64,000 bases of DNA. It comes from Octopus sinensis (taxonomy: Eukaryota). Of the stretch, positions 11,209-23,104 are shown piece after piece (position 1 is the stretch's first letter; each line of letters begins with the position of its first letter). Location of the stretch: assembly GCF_006345805.1 (NCBI RefSeq), contig NC_043010.1, positions 66,712,001-66,776,000 of the forward strand, in the 5' to 3' direction. Position numbers and translations under genes: made by a program. The notes beneath the pieces are model-generated. The model ran no database searches and had not been told where the DNA came from. It worked only from the letters and a program-made list of their open reading frames with translations.

Positions 11209-13509
11209 ATGAGTGTGAAAGAAGAAGTTTTTACTTGCCATATATGCGAAGAGGTCTTTCCAGAAGATTCTCTGTTACAAGATCATGTTATCATCCATCA
11301 AGATAATGTCTCTTACCGCTGTGACATCTGCCAGAAAGATTTCTGCAAGTATTCCGATGCTTGCGTCCATCTCAAACCCATCGCTAATCCCAGACTCTTT
11401 CACTGCGACGTGTGCTCGAAAGAATTTGTCACAAACAAGAACTTGAAGAGGCACTTGAGGACACACACCGGGGAAAAGCCATACAACTGTGAACTGTGTG
11501 GCAAGCATTTTGCTCAAGCGTCCTCATTGAAACGGCACATGAAGGCGCACAGCGGCGAGAAACCATATTCTTGTGAAGTGTGTGGGAAGAAGTTCCTCGC
11601 AGGAAACGACTTAAAGAGACACAATCGGACGCATACTGGTGAAAAGCCATTTGCATGTGATATCTGCGGCAAACGATTTGTTCAGAATACAGATTTGAAA
11701 CGGCACAATAAAGTACACGTCCGTGAAAAGACTTTTCCCCGTGAGCCGCTAAAAAAAGACGCAGCAAGTTTCAAACCTAAAACCCCGAAAAAATTACCTA
11801 CGACGTATCCCGTTGAGAAACAATACTGTTGTCAAATATGTACAAAGGTGTTTCCGAAATTTTCAAAATGGGCCAATCACGTTCGTAGCCATCCTGGTGA
11901 AAAACCTTATTTTTGCGAACTGTGCAAAAAGAAATTTGCACAGGGTTCTTCTTTAAAGCGACACATCAGAGCCCATTCAGGGGAACGTCCTTTCTCCTGT
12001 GAAGTGTGTGCAAAGCGATTTGCTGCCAATAACGACTTGAAAAGACATGCACGTACACACACAGGTGAGAGGCCTTACATTTGCAATGTCTGTGGAAGAG
12101 GATTCGGTACAAACAATGATCTGAAAAGACACTTGAAAATTCACACTGGAGAAAAACCTTTCCATTGTAAAGAATGTGGTAAAAGCTTCCTGACAAATTC
12201 TCGGCTGCAGTATCACTTAAGATGTCACTCTGGGCTGAATCTAACCTGTAAAGTATGTAAAAAAGTTTTTCTAAAAAGTTCGACCCTGAAGAGTCATCTT
12301 TTGATACATAACAGAGGAGTTTGTGATAAGGAATCTCCTAAGACGATTCCACTGATAAGGACTAAGAACAGTGAAGAACAGAGAAATTACATTTGTTCTA
12401 TTTGTAAATCAACCTTCCAAACTCATATCGAATTGGGTCGTCATGTCAGAACACACAGTGAAAATAGGAATTTGAATTGTGAAATACCCGGAGATGGTTT
12501 AACTCCGCATCATTTTCTGTCGGTGAACAACAGTGTGGTTGACAACGTAAACCGAGTGGCCAACACTTGTGAACCTCTAAGTGAACTTAAGGCTGGAAAC
12601 AATTTAATCGTTCACGAGAAACGGTTGACGAATAAAGAATCGTATGCCTGTGGCATTTGTCAAAAATCTTTTGTAACTCAGAATAACCTAAACAACCATG
12701 TGAGGATTCATACTGGGGAAAGGCCCTTTCCTTGCAAGGTGTGTCGGAAAAGATTTATAACGAACAATAACTTAAAGAGGCACAGTCGAACCCACACAGG
12801 TGAGAGACCATTCTCATGTGAAGTTTGTAGCAAAAGCTTCCTGACGAGCAATGATTTGAAACGACATAATAAAACACACACTGGGGAGAGACCCTTTTGT
12901 TGTACGATATGTACGAAGGGGTTTGTTCAAAATACTGATTTGAAGAGGCATATGAAAGTGCACCTTCGTGAAAAGAAACAAGACACCGAGCTACCGCTTA
13001 AGAAAGACAGTGTTGTCAGCTTTAAGATGCACAAAGGTTTGCTCTCCTCAGACAAAGCGCATCGTTGCCAGATATGCAATAAAACTTTCCTCAGGTATTA
13101 CAGGTTGAGGATCCACCTAAGGACACATACCGGGGAAAAGCCTTACAATTGTAGGACCTGTGGCAAAGGTTTCACGACCAGCTGCAACCTTAAGAGACAC
13201 ACGAAATTTCACGCTGGAGAGAAGCTTTTCTCGTGTGAAATTTGCGGCAAGAATTTTGTCATGAACTGTGATTTGAAAAGACATATTCGAATCCACACGG
13301 GTGAGAAACCTTACTCTTGTGGCATCTGTCAGAAACATTTCACCACAAGCAATGTCTTGAAAAGACACAACAAAATCCACATGAAGGGTGATTTTTACCA
13401 GGGCACCCAATGTCAAGAGAACTTTGTTAATCCCAGTGATTTTAACATTCATTTAGGAATGCACAGTTTGGTTGATCCTATTCTACTTGAAAACAAAAAA
13501 ACTTTTTGA
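11209..13509 (+). CDS. C2H2 zinc-finger protein 1 (766 aa, 20 canonical + 2 degenerate fingers), single coding exon
   Basis: Long ORF of CxxC-x12-HxxxH repeats with TGEKP/TGERP linkers. The track start (TTG 11188) is non-ATG; first ATG is 11209 (MSVKEEVFTCHIC). In-frame stop upstream at 11146. Polypyrimidine/AG acceptor at 11028-11029 implies an upstream non-coding exon. Confidence 0.93.
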   Translation: MSVKEEVFTCHICEEVFPEDSLLQDHVIIHQDNVSYRCDICQKDFCKYSDACVHLKPIANPRLFHCDVCSKEFVTNKNLKRHLRTHTGEKPYNCELCGKHFAQASSLKRHMKAHSGEKPYSCEVCGKKFLAGNDLKRHNRTHTGEKPFACDICGKRFVQNTDLKRHNKVHVREKTFPREPLKKDAASFKPKTPKKLPTTYPVEKQYCCQICTKVFPKFSKWANHVRSHPGEKPYFCELCKKKFAQGSSLKRHIRAHSGERPFSCEVCAKRFAANNDLKRHARTHTGERPYICNVCGRGFGTNNDLKRHLKIHTGEKPFHCKECGKSFLTNSRLQYHLRCHSGLNLTCKVCKKVFLKSSTLKSHLLIHNRGVCDKESPKTIPLIRTKNSEEQRNYICSICKSTFQTHIELGRHVRTHSENRNLNCEIPGDGLTPHHFLSVNNSVVDNVNRVANTCEPLSELKAGNNLIVHEKRLTNKESYACGICQKSFVTQNNLNNHVRIHTGERPFPCKVCRKRFITNNNLKRHSRTHTGERPFSCEVCSKSFLTSNDLKRHNKTHTGERPFCCTICTKGFVQNTDLKRHMKVHLREKKQDTELPLKKDSVVSFKMHKGLLSSDKAHRCQICNKTFLRYYRLRIHLRTHTGEKPYNCRTCGKGFTTSCNLKRHTKFHAGEKLFSCEICGKNFVMNCDLKRHIRIHTGEKPYSCGICQKHFTTSNVLKRHNKIHMKGDFYQGTQCQENFVNPSDFNIHLGMHSLVDPILLENKKTF

Positions 13510-13654
13510 GGTTAAAAAAAAAAAAACTGTTACCATTGTATGATGACACATGTATAAAAGTTTTAAATAAGTGACCTCTTTTGAGTGTGTTTTTTCTTTA
13601 AAATGATGGTATTTTATGTTTGTTTGTTTCTTTCTTCTTTTTCATATGAATTTA

Positions 13655-14048
13655 CTAGCAGTATCGCCTGGCGTTGCTCGGGTTTGTTTTGACCCTTTAG
13701 AATTGGAATTTTTGAAAAGTAAAAATTTTGCATTATGTAGCTTGTTATTCTCTTTAAGTGAACATTTTCCTAGTTAAAATACACTGAAAAATGGCGACAC
13801 AGCAGTAAAAAAATCGTAAAAAATATGGATTTTCATAGAAAAAAAAAGCACCTTTTTGATGTAAATAATTTTTGGTGTTAACATGGTCCGATTTGAATTT
13901 TTTCTTCTACAGAAGGAAGAGCAAGTCTTCTTCTATCATACTCTCAATTCTGGTCAACTTGCGCTGCAGGGTCTCAGAGGAGATAGTGTTAGTTGAAGGC
14001 TACCAAACCTGCCATACACAGACAACTTCAGTTTTATATAGAGAGAGA
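13655..14048 (-). mobile_element. Non-autonomous Helitron
   Basis: On the minus strand it begins TC after an A, ends CTAG before a T, and has a subterminal hairpin CCCGAGCAACGCCAGG shortly before CTAG. Confidence 0.75.
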
Positions 14049-14344
14049 TTACTCATCAGCTGAATGGTTGCACAGAAACTCAGTGGCTCTCTTCTTGCAC
14101 ACGTACATACACACTCTTGCATCCAAGTTTGAGTAGCACCACAGGCATGAGAATAAGATTTTTCAAACAAGATACTGTATTCCACCTGATGCTCTCCAAC
14201 CTATTTTCATACAAGGAGATTTAATTTCAACCATATAAGCCCAGCAAATACTCGTCAGTTTACACTCAATCCTACACTCCACTGACATCATAAATCTGTT
14301 CAGTTTCTTTGCTCTCACTTGCTCTGTTGTGGCCACCAAGATAT

Positions 14345-15400
14345 CATCATCATCATCATCAACATTATTTAACGTCCGCTTTCCATGCTAGTATGGGTTG
14401 GACGATTTGACTGAGGACTGGCGAACCAGATGGCTGCACCAGGCTCCAATCTTGATCTGGCAGAGTTTCTACAGCTGGATGCCCTTCCTAACGCCAACCA
14501 CTCCGAGAGTGTAGTGAGTGCTTTTACGTGCCACCGGCATGAGGGCCAGTCAGGCGGTACTGGCAATGGCCACGCTCAGATGGTGCTTTTTATGTGCCAC
14601 CTGTACAGGAGCCAGTCCAGCGGTACTGGCAACGACCTCGCTCGAATGTTTTTTTCCCGTGCCACTATCACTAGTGCCAGTAAGGTGACGCTGGTAACAA
14701 TCACGCTTGAATGGTGCTTTTTACGTGCCCTGCTCTGGCAACAATCACATTTGGATGGTGCTCTTAGCACTCCACTAGCACAGGTGCCAGTCATCAAATT
14801 TGATTTTGATTTCACTTGCCTCAATAGGTCTTCACAAGCAGAGTTTAGTGTCCATTGAATGAAAGGTATGCATAAGTGGGCTGGTAACGCCCCTGGCATA
14901 GGCCACAAGGTTATGGCCTCATTTGGCTTGCTGGGTCTTCTCAAGCACAGCATATTTCCAAAAGTTTCGATCACTAGTCATTGCCTTGGTGAGGCCTAAT
15001 GTTCGAAGGTCGTGCTTCTGCACTTCATCCCAGGTCTTCCTGAGTCTACCTCTTCCACAGGTTCCCTCAGCCGCTAGGGTGTGGCACTTTTTCACACAGC
15101 TATCCTCATCCATTCTCGCCACATGACCATACCAGCGCAGTCGTCTCTCTTGCACACCACATCTGATGCTTCTTAGGTCCAACTTTTCTCTCAAGGTACT
15201 TACACTCTGTCGAGTATGCACACAGACATTACACATCCATCGGATCATACTGGCTTCATTCCTTGCGAGCTTATGCATATCCTCAGCAGTCACAGCCAAT
15301 GTTTCACTGCTATGTAGCATGGCTCTTTGTACACATGATTCATATAGTTTGCTGTCCTCAGCAGTCATAGCCCATGTTTCACTGCCATGTAGCATGGCTG
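14345..15400 (-). mobile_element. RTE-clade LINE 3' fragment (ORF C-terminus 15395-14919 + 3'UTR = repeat family C + (GAT)n tail)
   Basis: Translation contains HGSETWA...RRLRWYGHVARM...GRGRLRKTW...AVLEKT, typical of an RTE ORF end. It is contiguous with the family C sequence ending GGACGTTAAA(GAT)n. Confidence 0.85.
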
Positions 15401-15463
15401 TTCGTACATTTATATATTCATTTTGAAAGATTCTTGATGTGAATTCGTGTGTTGAAACAGATA

Positions 15464-16778
15464 TTGTTGTATTTGGAGCCAGTCATTTTGCCAGTTTAGC
15501 CAATAAAAACACACACACTATGTATTTGGTGTTCACTTGCTTCAGCTTTATTTTATATTAATTGTATTTCGGCCAGAGCTCTTTCATCACACTTCTGTGA
15601 CCTCATCAGTGGTCCTTTGCTTTCTTCTTTCTTTTTTTATGCGTCTTTCCTTACTAATGATTAGCCATTTTGTATTTTTATTGTATGTTTTCATTTGTGC
15701 ATGCGTATATCCCTGTGTGTGTCTATGTTTAGTAAGTGTGTTGGGGGGGGGGGGGAATGTGCCTGCAGTATCAGTATCCCCTGTTTATACACATTCGTTT
15801 AATTTACTTTTATTTATTTTATTCATTTGTTTATATCTACTTACTTTTTCTTTTCTTTCCTTTTTTGTATTAATTTAATTTATTTTCTTTATGTATATAA
15901 TTATTTCATTCCATTTATTTATCTGTGTATTGTATCAATTTCATATTATCAGTTTATGGGGATCTTATTCTGTCATAGATTGTGGTGTGTCGGGGGAGAC
16001 AGCACGGAGCATAGGAGAGCCGGTAAATGAGCTTTGGAGGGAACTTAAGGAAGAGAAGAGCTCATTGGTTCTGTACCAGCACGCCAAGCAGGAACATGGG
16101 GGCTCACTCAACAACATAGAAGTTAAAATCTAGTCCACACATAGAACAGATGCAACGCTTAGACAAATTACAGAAGCTACACACATAATAGAAGATAAAC
16201 CTAGCCTAAATAGAAAGCTAGAATGGAACACTAGCACACACACACCACACACCACAATCTATGACAGAATAAGATCCCCATAAACTGATAACAATTTGAA
16301 ACTGATACAATGCACAGATGAATAAATGGAATTAAATAATTATATATATGCATAAACAAAATAAATTAAATTAATACAAAAAAAAAGAAAGAAAAGAAAA
16401 AAGTAGATAAAAACAAATGAATAAAATAAATAAAAGTAAATTAAACGAATGTGTATAAACAGGGGATACTGATAATGCAGGCACATCCCCTCCCCCCAAC
16501 ACACTTACTAAACATAGACACACACAGGGATATACGCATGCACAAATGAAGACACATACAATAAGAATATAAAATGGTTGATCATTAGTAAGGAAAGACG
16601 CACAAAAATAGAAAGAGGAAAGCAAAGGACCACTGATGAGATCACAGAAGTGTGACGAAAGAACTCTGGCTGAAATACAATTAATATGAAACAAAGCTGA
16701 AGCAAGTAAACACCAAATATATAGTGCATGTGTTTTTATTGGCTAAACTGGCAACATGACCATCCCCAAATACAACAA
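15464..16778 (+). mobile_element. 5'-truncated Penelope-like element with inverted pseudo-LTR
   Basis: About 530-bp inverted arms (15464-15990, 16247-16778) flank a GIY-YIG C-terminal remnant: GETARSIGE...LYQHAKQEHG...STHRTDATLRQITEATHI...PSLNRKLEWN (15993-16283, one stop). Each arm carries a hammerhead motif. Confidence 0.85.
16627..16671 (+). ncRNA. Minimal type-I hammerhead motif in Penelope pLTR
   Basis: GGACCA CTGATGA G ATCACA-GAAG-TGTGAC GAAA GAAC TC TGGC. The mirror copy at 15571-15615 (-) reads CTGATGA GGTCACA GAAG TGTGAT GAAA GAGC TC TGG. Confidence 0.78.
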
Positions 16779-16885
16779 GAATGAAATAGTTGGTTTACTG
16801 TAAATCCATCAAAATTTTTGGTTATTTTCAAAATTAATTGAAGGCTATGAACAATGTTATAGAATATATGTTCATACACACAGAA

Positions 16886-17302
16886 GGCGGCGAGCTGGCA
16901 GAATCGTTAGCACGCCAAGCGAAATGCTTAGCGGTATTTCGTCTGCCATTACATTCTGTGTTCAAATTCTGCCATGGTCAACTTTGCCTTTCATCCTTTC
17001 AGGGTCAATTAAATAAGTACCAGTTACGCACTGGGGTCGATGTAATCGACTTAATCCCTTTGTCTGTCCTTGTTTGTCCTCTCTGTGTTTAGCCCCTTGT
17101 GGGTAGTAAAGAAATAGGTATTTCGTCTACTGCTACATTCTGAGTTCAAATTCCGCCAAGGTTGACTTTGCCTTTCATCCTTTCAAAGTTGATAAATTAA
17201 GTACCAGTTATACACTGGGGTCGATGTAATCGACTTAATCCGTTTATCTGTCCTTGTTTGACCCCTCTGTGTGTAGCCCCTTGTGGGCAGTAAAGAAATA
17301 AG
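16886..17302 (+). mobile_element. tRNA-derived SINE family B, head + duplicated body (dimer)
   Basis: GGCGGCGAGCTGGCAGAATCGTTAG...GAGTTCAAATTCC...GCCTTTCATCCTTTC...AAAGAAATA; the body restarts at GGTATTTC. Confidence 0.85.
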
Positions 17303-19950
17303 GATATATGTTCACACAGCAAGCACTCTGTACTACTCGTATGTAGGTTCAATATGAAGCTAACACACATCACATTAACTCAGTAACCAATTTGGTTGAC
17401 CAACACTATCAACTGTCCCTGACAGTTCACACAGTTCTTATTTATTGAAATTTATTTGTCCACTTTCAGTCATGGGGGTGTACAGGATTCTCTCACAACA
17501 ATAACCCAGCAAGAAGTGAACTCTAACATTTTGATTTGTCCTTAACACACCACTGGAAAAATCAAATCTTCACTTATGTCCCAATGAAAGTTCACAGAAG
17601 TTTTTTCATTTCTCCTTGTGTTAAATCAGGCATAAGCAACAGGTAGGTTACTTAGATGTTCTCCATAGGTTTTGTACCTTTGGAAAAAAATTTTTTTTCT
17701 AATTTAATGTCCTTGTGGGATTATTAAATCCATGATAATCTTATATAGCTTTTAGTATAATGATTTAATTTTAGCTGACATAAGCATTACCAGGTGAAGA
17801 AACTGGAGTAGTGATGGGGAAATGTAGGGATATATATATATATATATATATATTCATCATCATCATCCTTTAACGTCCGCTTTCCATGCTAGCATGAGTT
17901 GGATGGTTTGACTGAGGGCTGGCGAACCAGATGGCTGCACCAGGCTCCAATCTGATCTGGCAGAGTTTCTACAGCTGGATGCCCTTCCTAACGCCAACCA
18001 CTCCGATAGTGTAGTGGGTGCTTTTACGTGTTACTGGCACGAGGGCCAGTCTGGTGGTACTAGCAACGGTCACGCTCGAAATGGTGTTTTTTACTTGCCA
18101 CCTAGGATACGATATAATATACATGAGGTCCATTAGTAAATGTAAAAAAAATGGACCATTATACAGAAAAGAGTTGCTGACCCCTGTAAAATAATCCAGT
18201 CATGGTATTGTGGACCACCAAACCAGTGGTCAATTTTTATCACTGATTTACCCCCACCCTCTCCATTCCCTTTCTTTTATTCTTTTCTCTCTGTGTGTTC
18301 AAGAAGCTTGCTTCCCAACCACGTATGCTTGGGTTCAATCCCACTGTGTGTCACCTTGGGTAAGTGTCTTCTATAGCCCTAGGCCAACCATAGCCTTGTG
18401 GGTGGATTTGGTGAACAGAAACTGAAAAGAAGTCCATCATGTGTGTGTTCCTTGTCTAGACATTGTGATGGTTGTAAATGAGCATCATTGTCATACTAGC
18501 GGGGTTGTTTGTTTCCAGCTTTACATGAAAAACATGTCCAGCTTTGGGAAAATATTACATTGCTTGGAAACAGTTGAGAGTTGGCAACAGGAAGGGCATG
18601 TATGTACATATGTATGCCTGCCTAAGTATGGCCACAGTCCATTGACCAAAACAAGTATAAGGTAAAAAGTAGTTGTTTTCTTTTTTTGTTATTTTCTTGA
18701 GAATAACAAAGAAGCTTTGAAGCATTGGTGCTGGTGCCATGTAAAAAGCACTGGTGGTGGCTCCACATAGAAAGTGTCGGGTCATAATTGACTGAATCAA
18801 GAAAATATTGATTTCTAACAAGAGGACTGTGGTGTTAGTAGTGTGATGGAGCTATGTGATGTTGGTGGAGGGGATTGCAGATGAGGTGGACGGAAGTAAG
18901 GTTTGCAGGGTCCGGCAGAAGAGTGACAGGGGCATGCATGGGTGGGAAGCACGTGTGGTCAGTTCCAGCAAAGACGGCAGAGCGACAAGACGTGTTGAAT
19001 TCGTGAGAGTGACTGCTGATTTCACCGAGGTAAGGCCTTTTGTATTTCTTTCTCCTGTTGCTTCTTTTTCTGTTGTCCTTTTCCTCCATCACACTACAAG
19101 GACAAAGGAATGGTAACTCACTGTGGTTTATGTGGGATAACGTCAGCAGCTGGGGAGCTGACTGGAACTTGGGGCAGCCGTGACGTGTGTGCAGCGAGCG
19201 GGGCATTCTGCCTTTTCGAGTCATGTCGTCGAGGGGTTACGACGGGTCATCACTTTGTTAAGGTTGGGTGAAGCAGCTGCTATCTCTAGCGTTCAGGTCG
19301 GGCTGTGTCGAAGGATCCATTACCGCTGAAGGGTCTCCATCTGAGTGAAGAGAAGGTAGGTGCCTTTATTTCGAATCCCTCGCATACACCACAGTTTATT
19401 TTATTAATCTCTGGAAGGTTGTAAAATAAAGTCAACTCCAGTGGACATTTGAACCCAGAATGTAAAGAAATCATAACTAAATACCACATGGCATTTTCCC
19501 TGCCGCTCTACTAATTCTAGTCTCACAACAACTGATATTGGTTTCAAATTTTGGCACAAGGCCAGCAATTTCAGGGATGTGGGTAAGTCAATTACATCAA
19601 CCCCAGTACTCAACTGGTACTTATTTTATCGACCCTGAAGGGATGAAAAGCAAAGCCGACCTTGGTGGTATTTGAATTCAGAACATAGATGGACAAAATA
19701 TCGCTAAGCATTTTGCCTGGCATGCTAACAATTCTGCCATTTTGCTACCTCAAAGTCTCACAACTGATATTGACTACAGTATTTCACTGGTACTTATATC
19801 CTACTTTTATCAACCCCCGGAAGGTTGAAAAACAAAATTAAATCCTATAGGATTTGAACTCAGAATGTTTAATATTGTAACTACCTACTGCATACTAATA
19901 GGTTCACAGCCTTACCTATTCTGCCAATCACTATAATATTGCAATATACC

Positions 19951-20428
19951 TATTTCTTTATTACCCACAAGGGGCTAAACACAGAGAGGACAAACAAGGA
20001 CAGACAAATGGATTAAGTCGATTATATCGACCCCAGTGCGTAACTGGTACTTATTTAATCGACCCCGAAAGGATGAAAGGCAAAGTCGACCATGGCAGAA
20101 TTTGAACTCAGAACGTAGCAGCAAACGAAATACCACTAAGCATTTCACCGACATGCTAATGATTCTGCCAGCTCACCGAAGGCACAAAAGGTGGCGAGTT
20201 GGTAGAAATGTTAGCATGCCGGACGAAATGCTTAGCAGTATTTCATCTGTCTTTACGTTCTGAGTTCAAATCCCGCTGAGGTCAACTTTGCCTTTCATCC
20301 TTTCGGGGTTGATAAATTTGATAAATTAAGTACCAGTTCGCACTGGAGTCGATGTAATTGACTTAATCCCATTCTCTGTCCTTGTTTGTCCCCTCTATGT
20401 TTAGCCCCCTCGTGGGAAATAAAGAAAC
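19951..20428. mobile_element. Head-to-head inverted pair of SINE B
   Basis: Minus copy 19951-20180 and plus copy 20189-20428. Confidence 0.8.
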
Positions 20429-21391
20429 ATCAGCATGCTGGGCGAAATGCTTAGCAGTATTTTGTCTGTCTTTATGTTCTGAGTTCAAAATCTGCTGAGG
20501 TCACCTTTGCCTTTCATCCTTTCAGAGTCAATAAATTAAGTACTAGTGAAACACTGGGGTCAATTTAATCAACTGGCACCCTCCCCCAAAATTTCGGGGC
20601 TTGTGTCAAGAGTAGAAAAGAATATACCAAGGCACAAGTGTAGCTGTGTAGTTAAGAAGCTTGCTTCGTTTTGGGCTTAATCTTGTGGCAGGGCACCTTG
20701 AGCAAGTGTTTTCTAATCTAACCTTGGGCTGACCAAAGTCGTGTGAGCAGATTTGGTAGATGGAAACTGAAAGGAGCCCATTAAGTGTGTGTGTGTGTGT
20801 GTACTTTTGCCTTGACATCATGTGATTATTATAAATGAGCATCACCATCATACAAGTAATGTTGTTTATTTCCAGACTGCCTTGAAAAACACATCAGGCC
20901 ATGGAGAAATACTGGTTTCACATTTTGGCACAAGGCCAGTAACTTTAGGGATTACATTGACCCTGGTACACAACTTTATCAATCCTGATGATAATGATGA
21001 TGGTATATGGAGATAACCTATAAAAAAAGTTAAGGGTAAAGATCTTTGGTCATGCACCTAGAAAGTTCCCCTCCAAGGTACAAGTTCGGGCAAGGTTGTT
21101 TACGGAAGACCAGCAGATGTCCATGCATACCAGCCTCCCTTCTCCATACCACTGATGTTACCCAAAGGAAGGGCAAAGGAGCCGATACAGCTTGGCACCT
21201 GTGATGTCACAGCCCATTTCTACAGCTGAGTGAACTGGAGCAACGTGAAATAAAGTGTTTTGCTCAAGAACGCAACGCACAGTTCGGTCTGGGAATTGAA
21301 CCCTCTATCTCATGATTGTGAGCTCAACGCTCTAACCACTGAGTCCAGCGCCTTCACTGATGGTAGGTACACTGCTGGTATTTTGTTTTGC

Positions 21392-21806
21392 AAGGTGGTG
21401 AGCTGGCAGAAACATCAACACACCGGACGAAATGCTTAGCGGTATTTCATCTGCTGCTACGTTCTGAGTTCAAATTCCGCCGAGGTCGACTTTGCCTTTC
21501 ATCCTTTCGGGGTCGATTAAATAAGTACCAGTTACGCATTGGGGTCGATGTAATCGATTTAATCCGTGTGTCTGTCCTTGTTTGTTCTCTCTGTGTTTAG
21601 CCCCTTGTGGGCAGTAAAGAAATAGGTATTTCATCTGTCTTTACGTTCTAAGTTCAAATTTTGCCATGGTCGACTTTGCCTTTCATCCTTTCGGGGTCGA
21701 TTAAATAAGTACCAGTTACGCACTGGGGTCGATGTAATCGATTTAATCCGTGTGTCTGTCCTTGTTTGTCCCCTCTGTTTAGCCCCTTGTGGGTAGTAAA
21801 GAAATA
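21392..21806 (+). mobile_element. SINE family B dimer with 17-bp TSD
   Basis: TSD GGTATTTTGTTTTGCAA at 21377-21393 and 21807-21823. Confidence 0.88.
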
Positions 21807-23104
21807 GGTATTTTGTTTTGCAACCATAATATAAAAAAGGTAAAGACCCCTCTTTGGCCATGAATGACCATGGGATTGCACCTAGAAAGTTCCCCACCAA
21901 GGCACAAATCCGAGCAAGGTTGTTTACGGAAGACCAGCAGTCGCCCATGCATACCAGCCTCCCCTTTCTGCAGCACCGATGTTATCCAAGGGAAAGGCAA
22001 AGGGGCCGATACAACTTGGCACTTGTGATGTTTCAGCCCATTTCTACAGCTGAGTGAACTGGAACAATGGGAAATAAAGTATCTTGCTCAAGAATACAAC
22101 ACACAGCCCGGTCTTGGAATCGAACTCACTATCTCATGATTGTGATCCTGTTGCTCTAACTATTGAACCATCTGGAGTACTGCCTCGAAGGATTTAAGTC
22201 GAACAAATCGACCTCAGCCCAGTACTTAAATTCTCTTTTTTAAAGCTTGGTACTTGTCAAAGTATCAGGCTACAGGGACATAAACAAACCAGCTATGGTT
22301 GTCAAATTGCAGGGGTGGGTGTGGGACAAACGCAGACAAAAAGACACATATAGATGCATACATATATGATAGGCTTCCACACAGTTTCCATTGATCATAT
22401 TTACTCACAAGGCATCGATCAGCCTGGAGCTATAGTAAAATACACTTGTCCATGGTGCTCTGCTGTGGGACTGAACCCAAAACCCCATGGTTGCAAAGCA
22501 AGCTTCTTATTAACACAGCCATGCCTGTGCCTAATGACGAGGGTATTTTATTTTTTTTGGATATTTTTAACACTTTTTTGTTTGGTTTGTTGAAATAAAG
22601 AAAAAGGCTGTAATGGTTTCTTAATTCTTTATAGAAAAGAAAAGAAAAATGGCTGAGCGTTTAATTAATCCTTCCTAAGATAAAGAAGAGGTTGTGTGTA
22701 TGGTTAATTAAATCTTGAAATGAAGAGGCTGCATGGTTAATTTAATTCTTCTCGAAATAAAGGAGAAGCTGCATGGTTAATTAATTTGCCCCCAGTGTAT
22801 TACTGTTATGTATCTTTTACTAAGAATTAAACCCATAGAGAACAATGGTAGTAATCTTGAAAAGTCCCCACCACGACCACCACAAACAAGACGTTCAATG
22901 AGGAATACTGCTGGAATGGTATAGAGGGAAGAACATGGATTGCAACAGGGTGATTTCTAGCATTTATGACTTTGCTAGAGGAACACTGGAGGATTTGAAC
23001 ATGATACGGCGAGGAGCTAATAAAGGCCCTCAGCTGCATCTGTAAGTTGCCTATTGAACGAGTCAATCGAAAGAGGAATCTCTTCACAGATGCTTAACTA
23101 TCAT

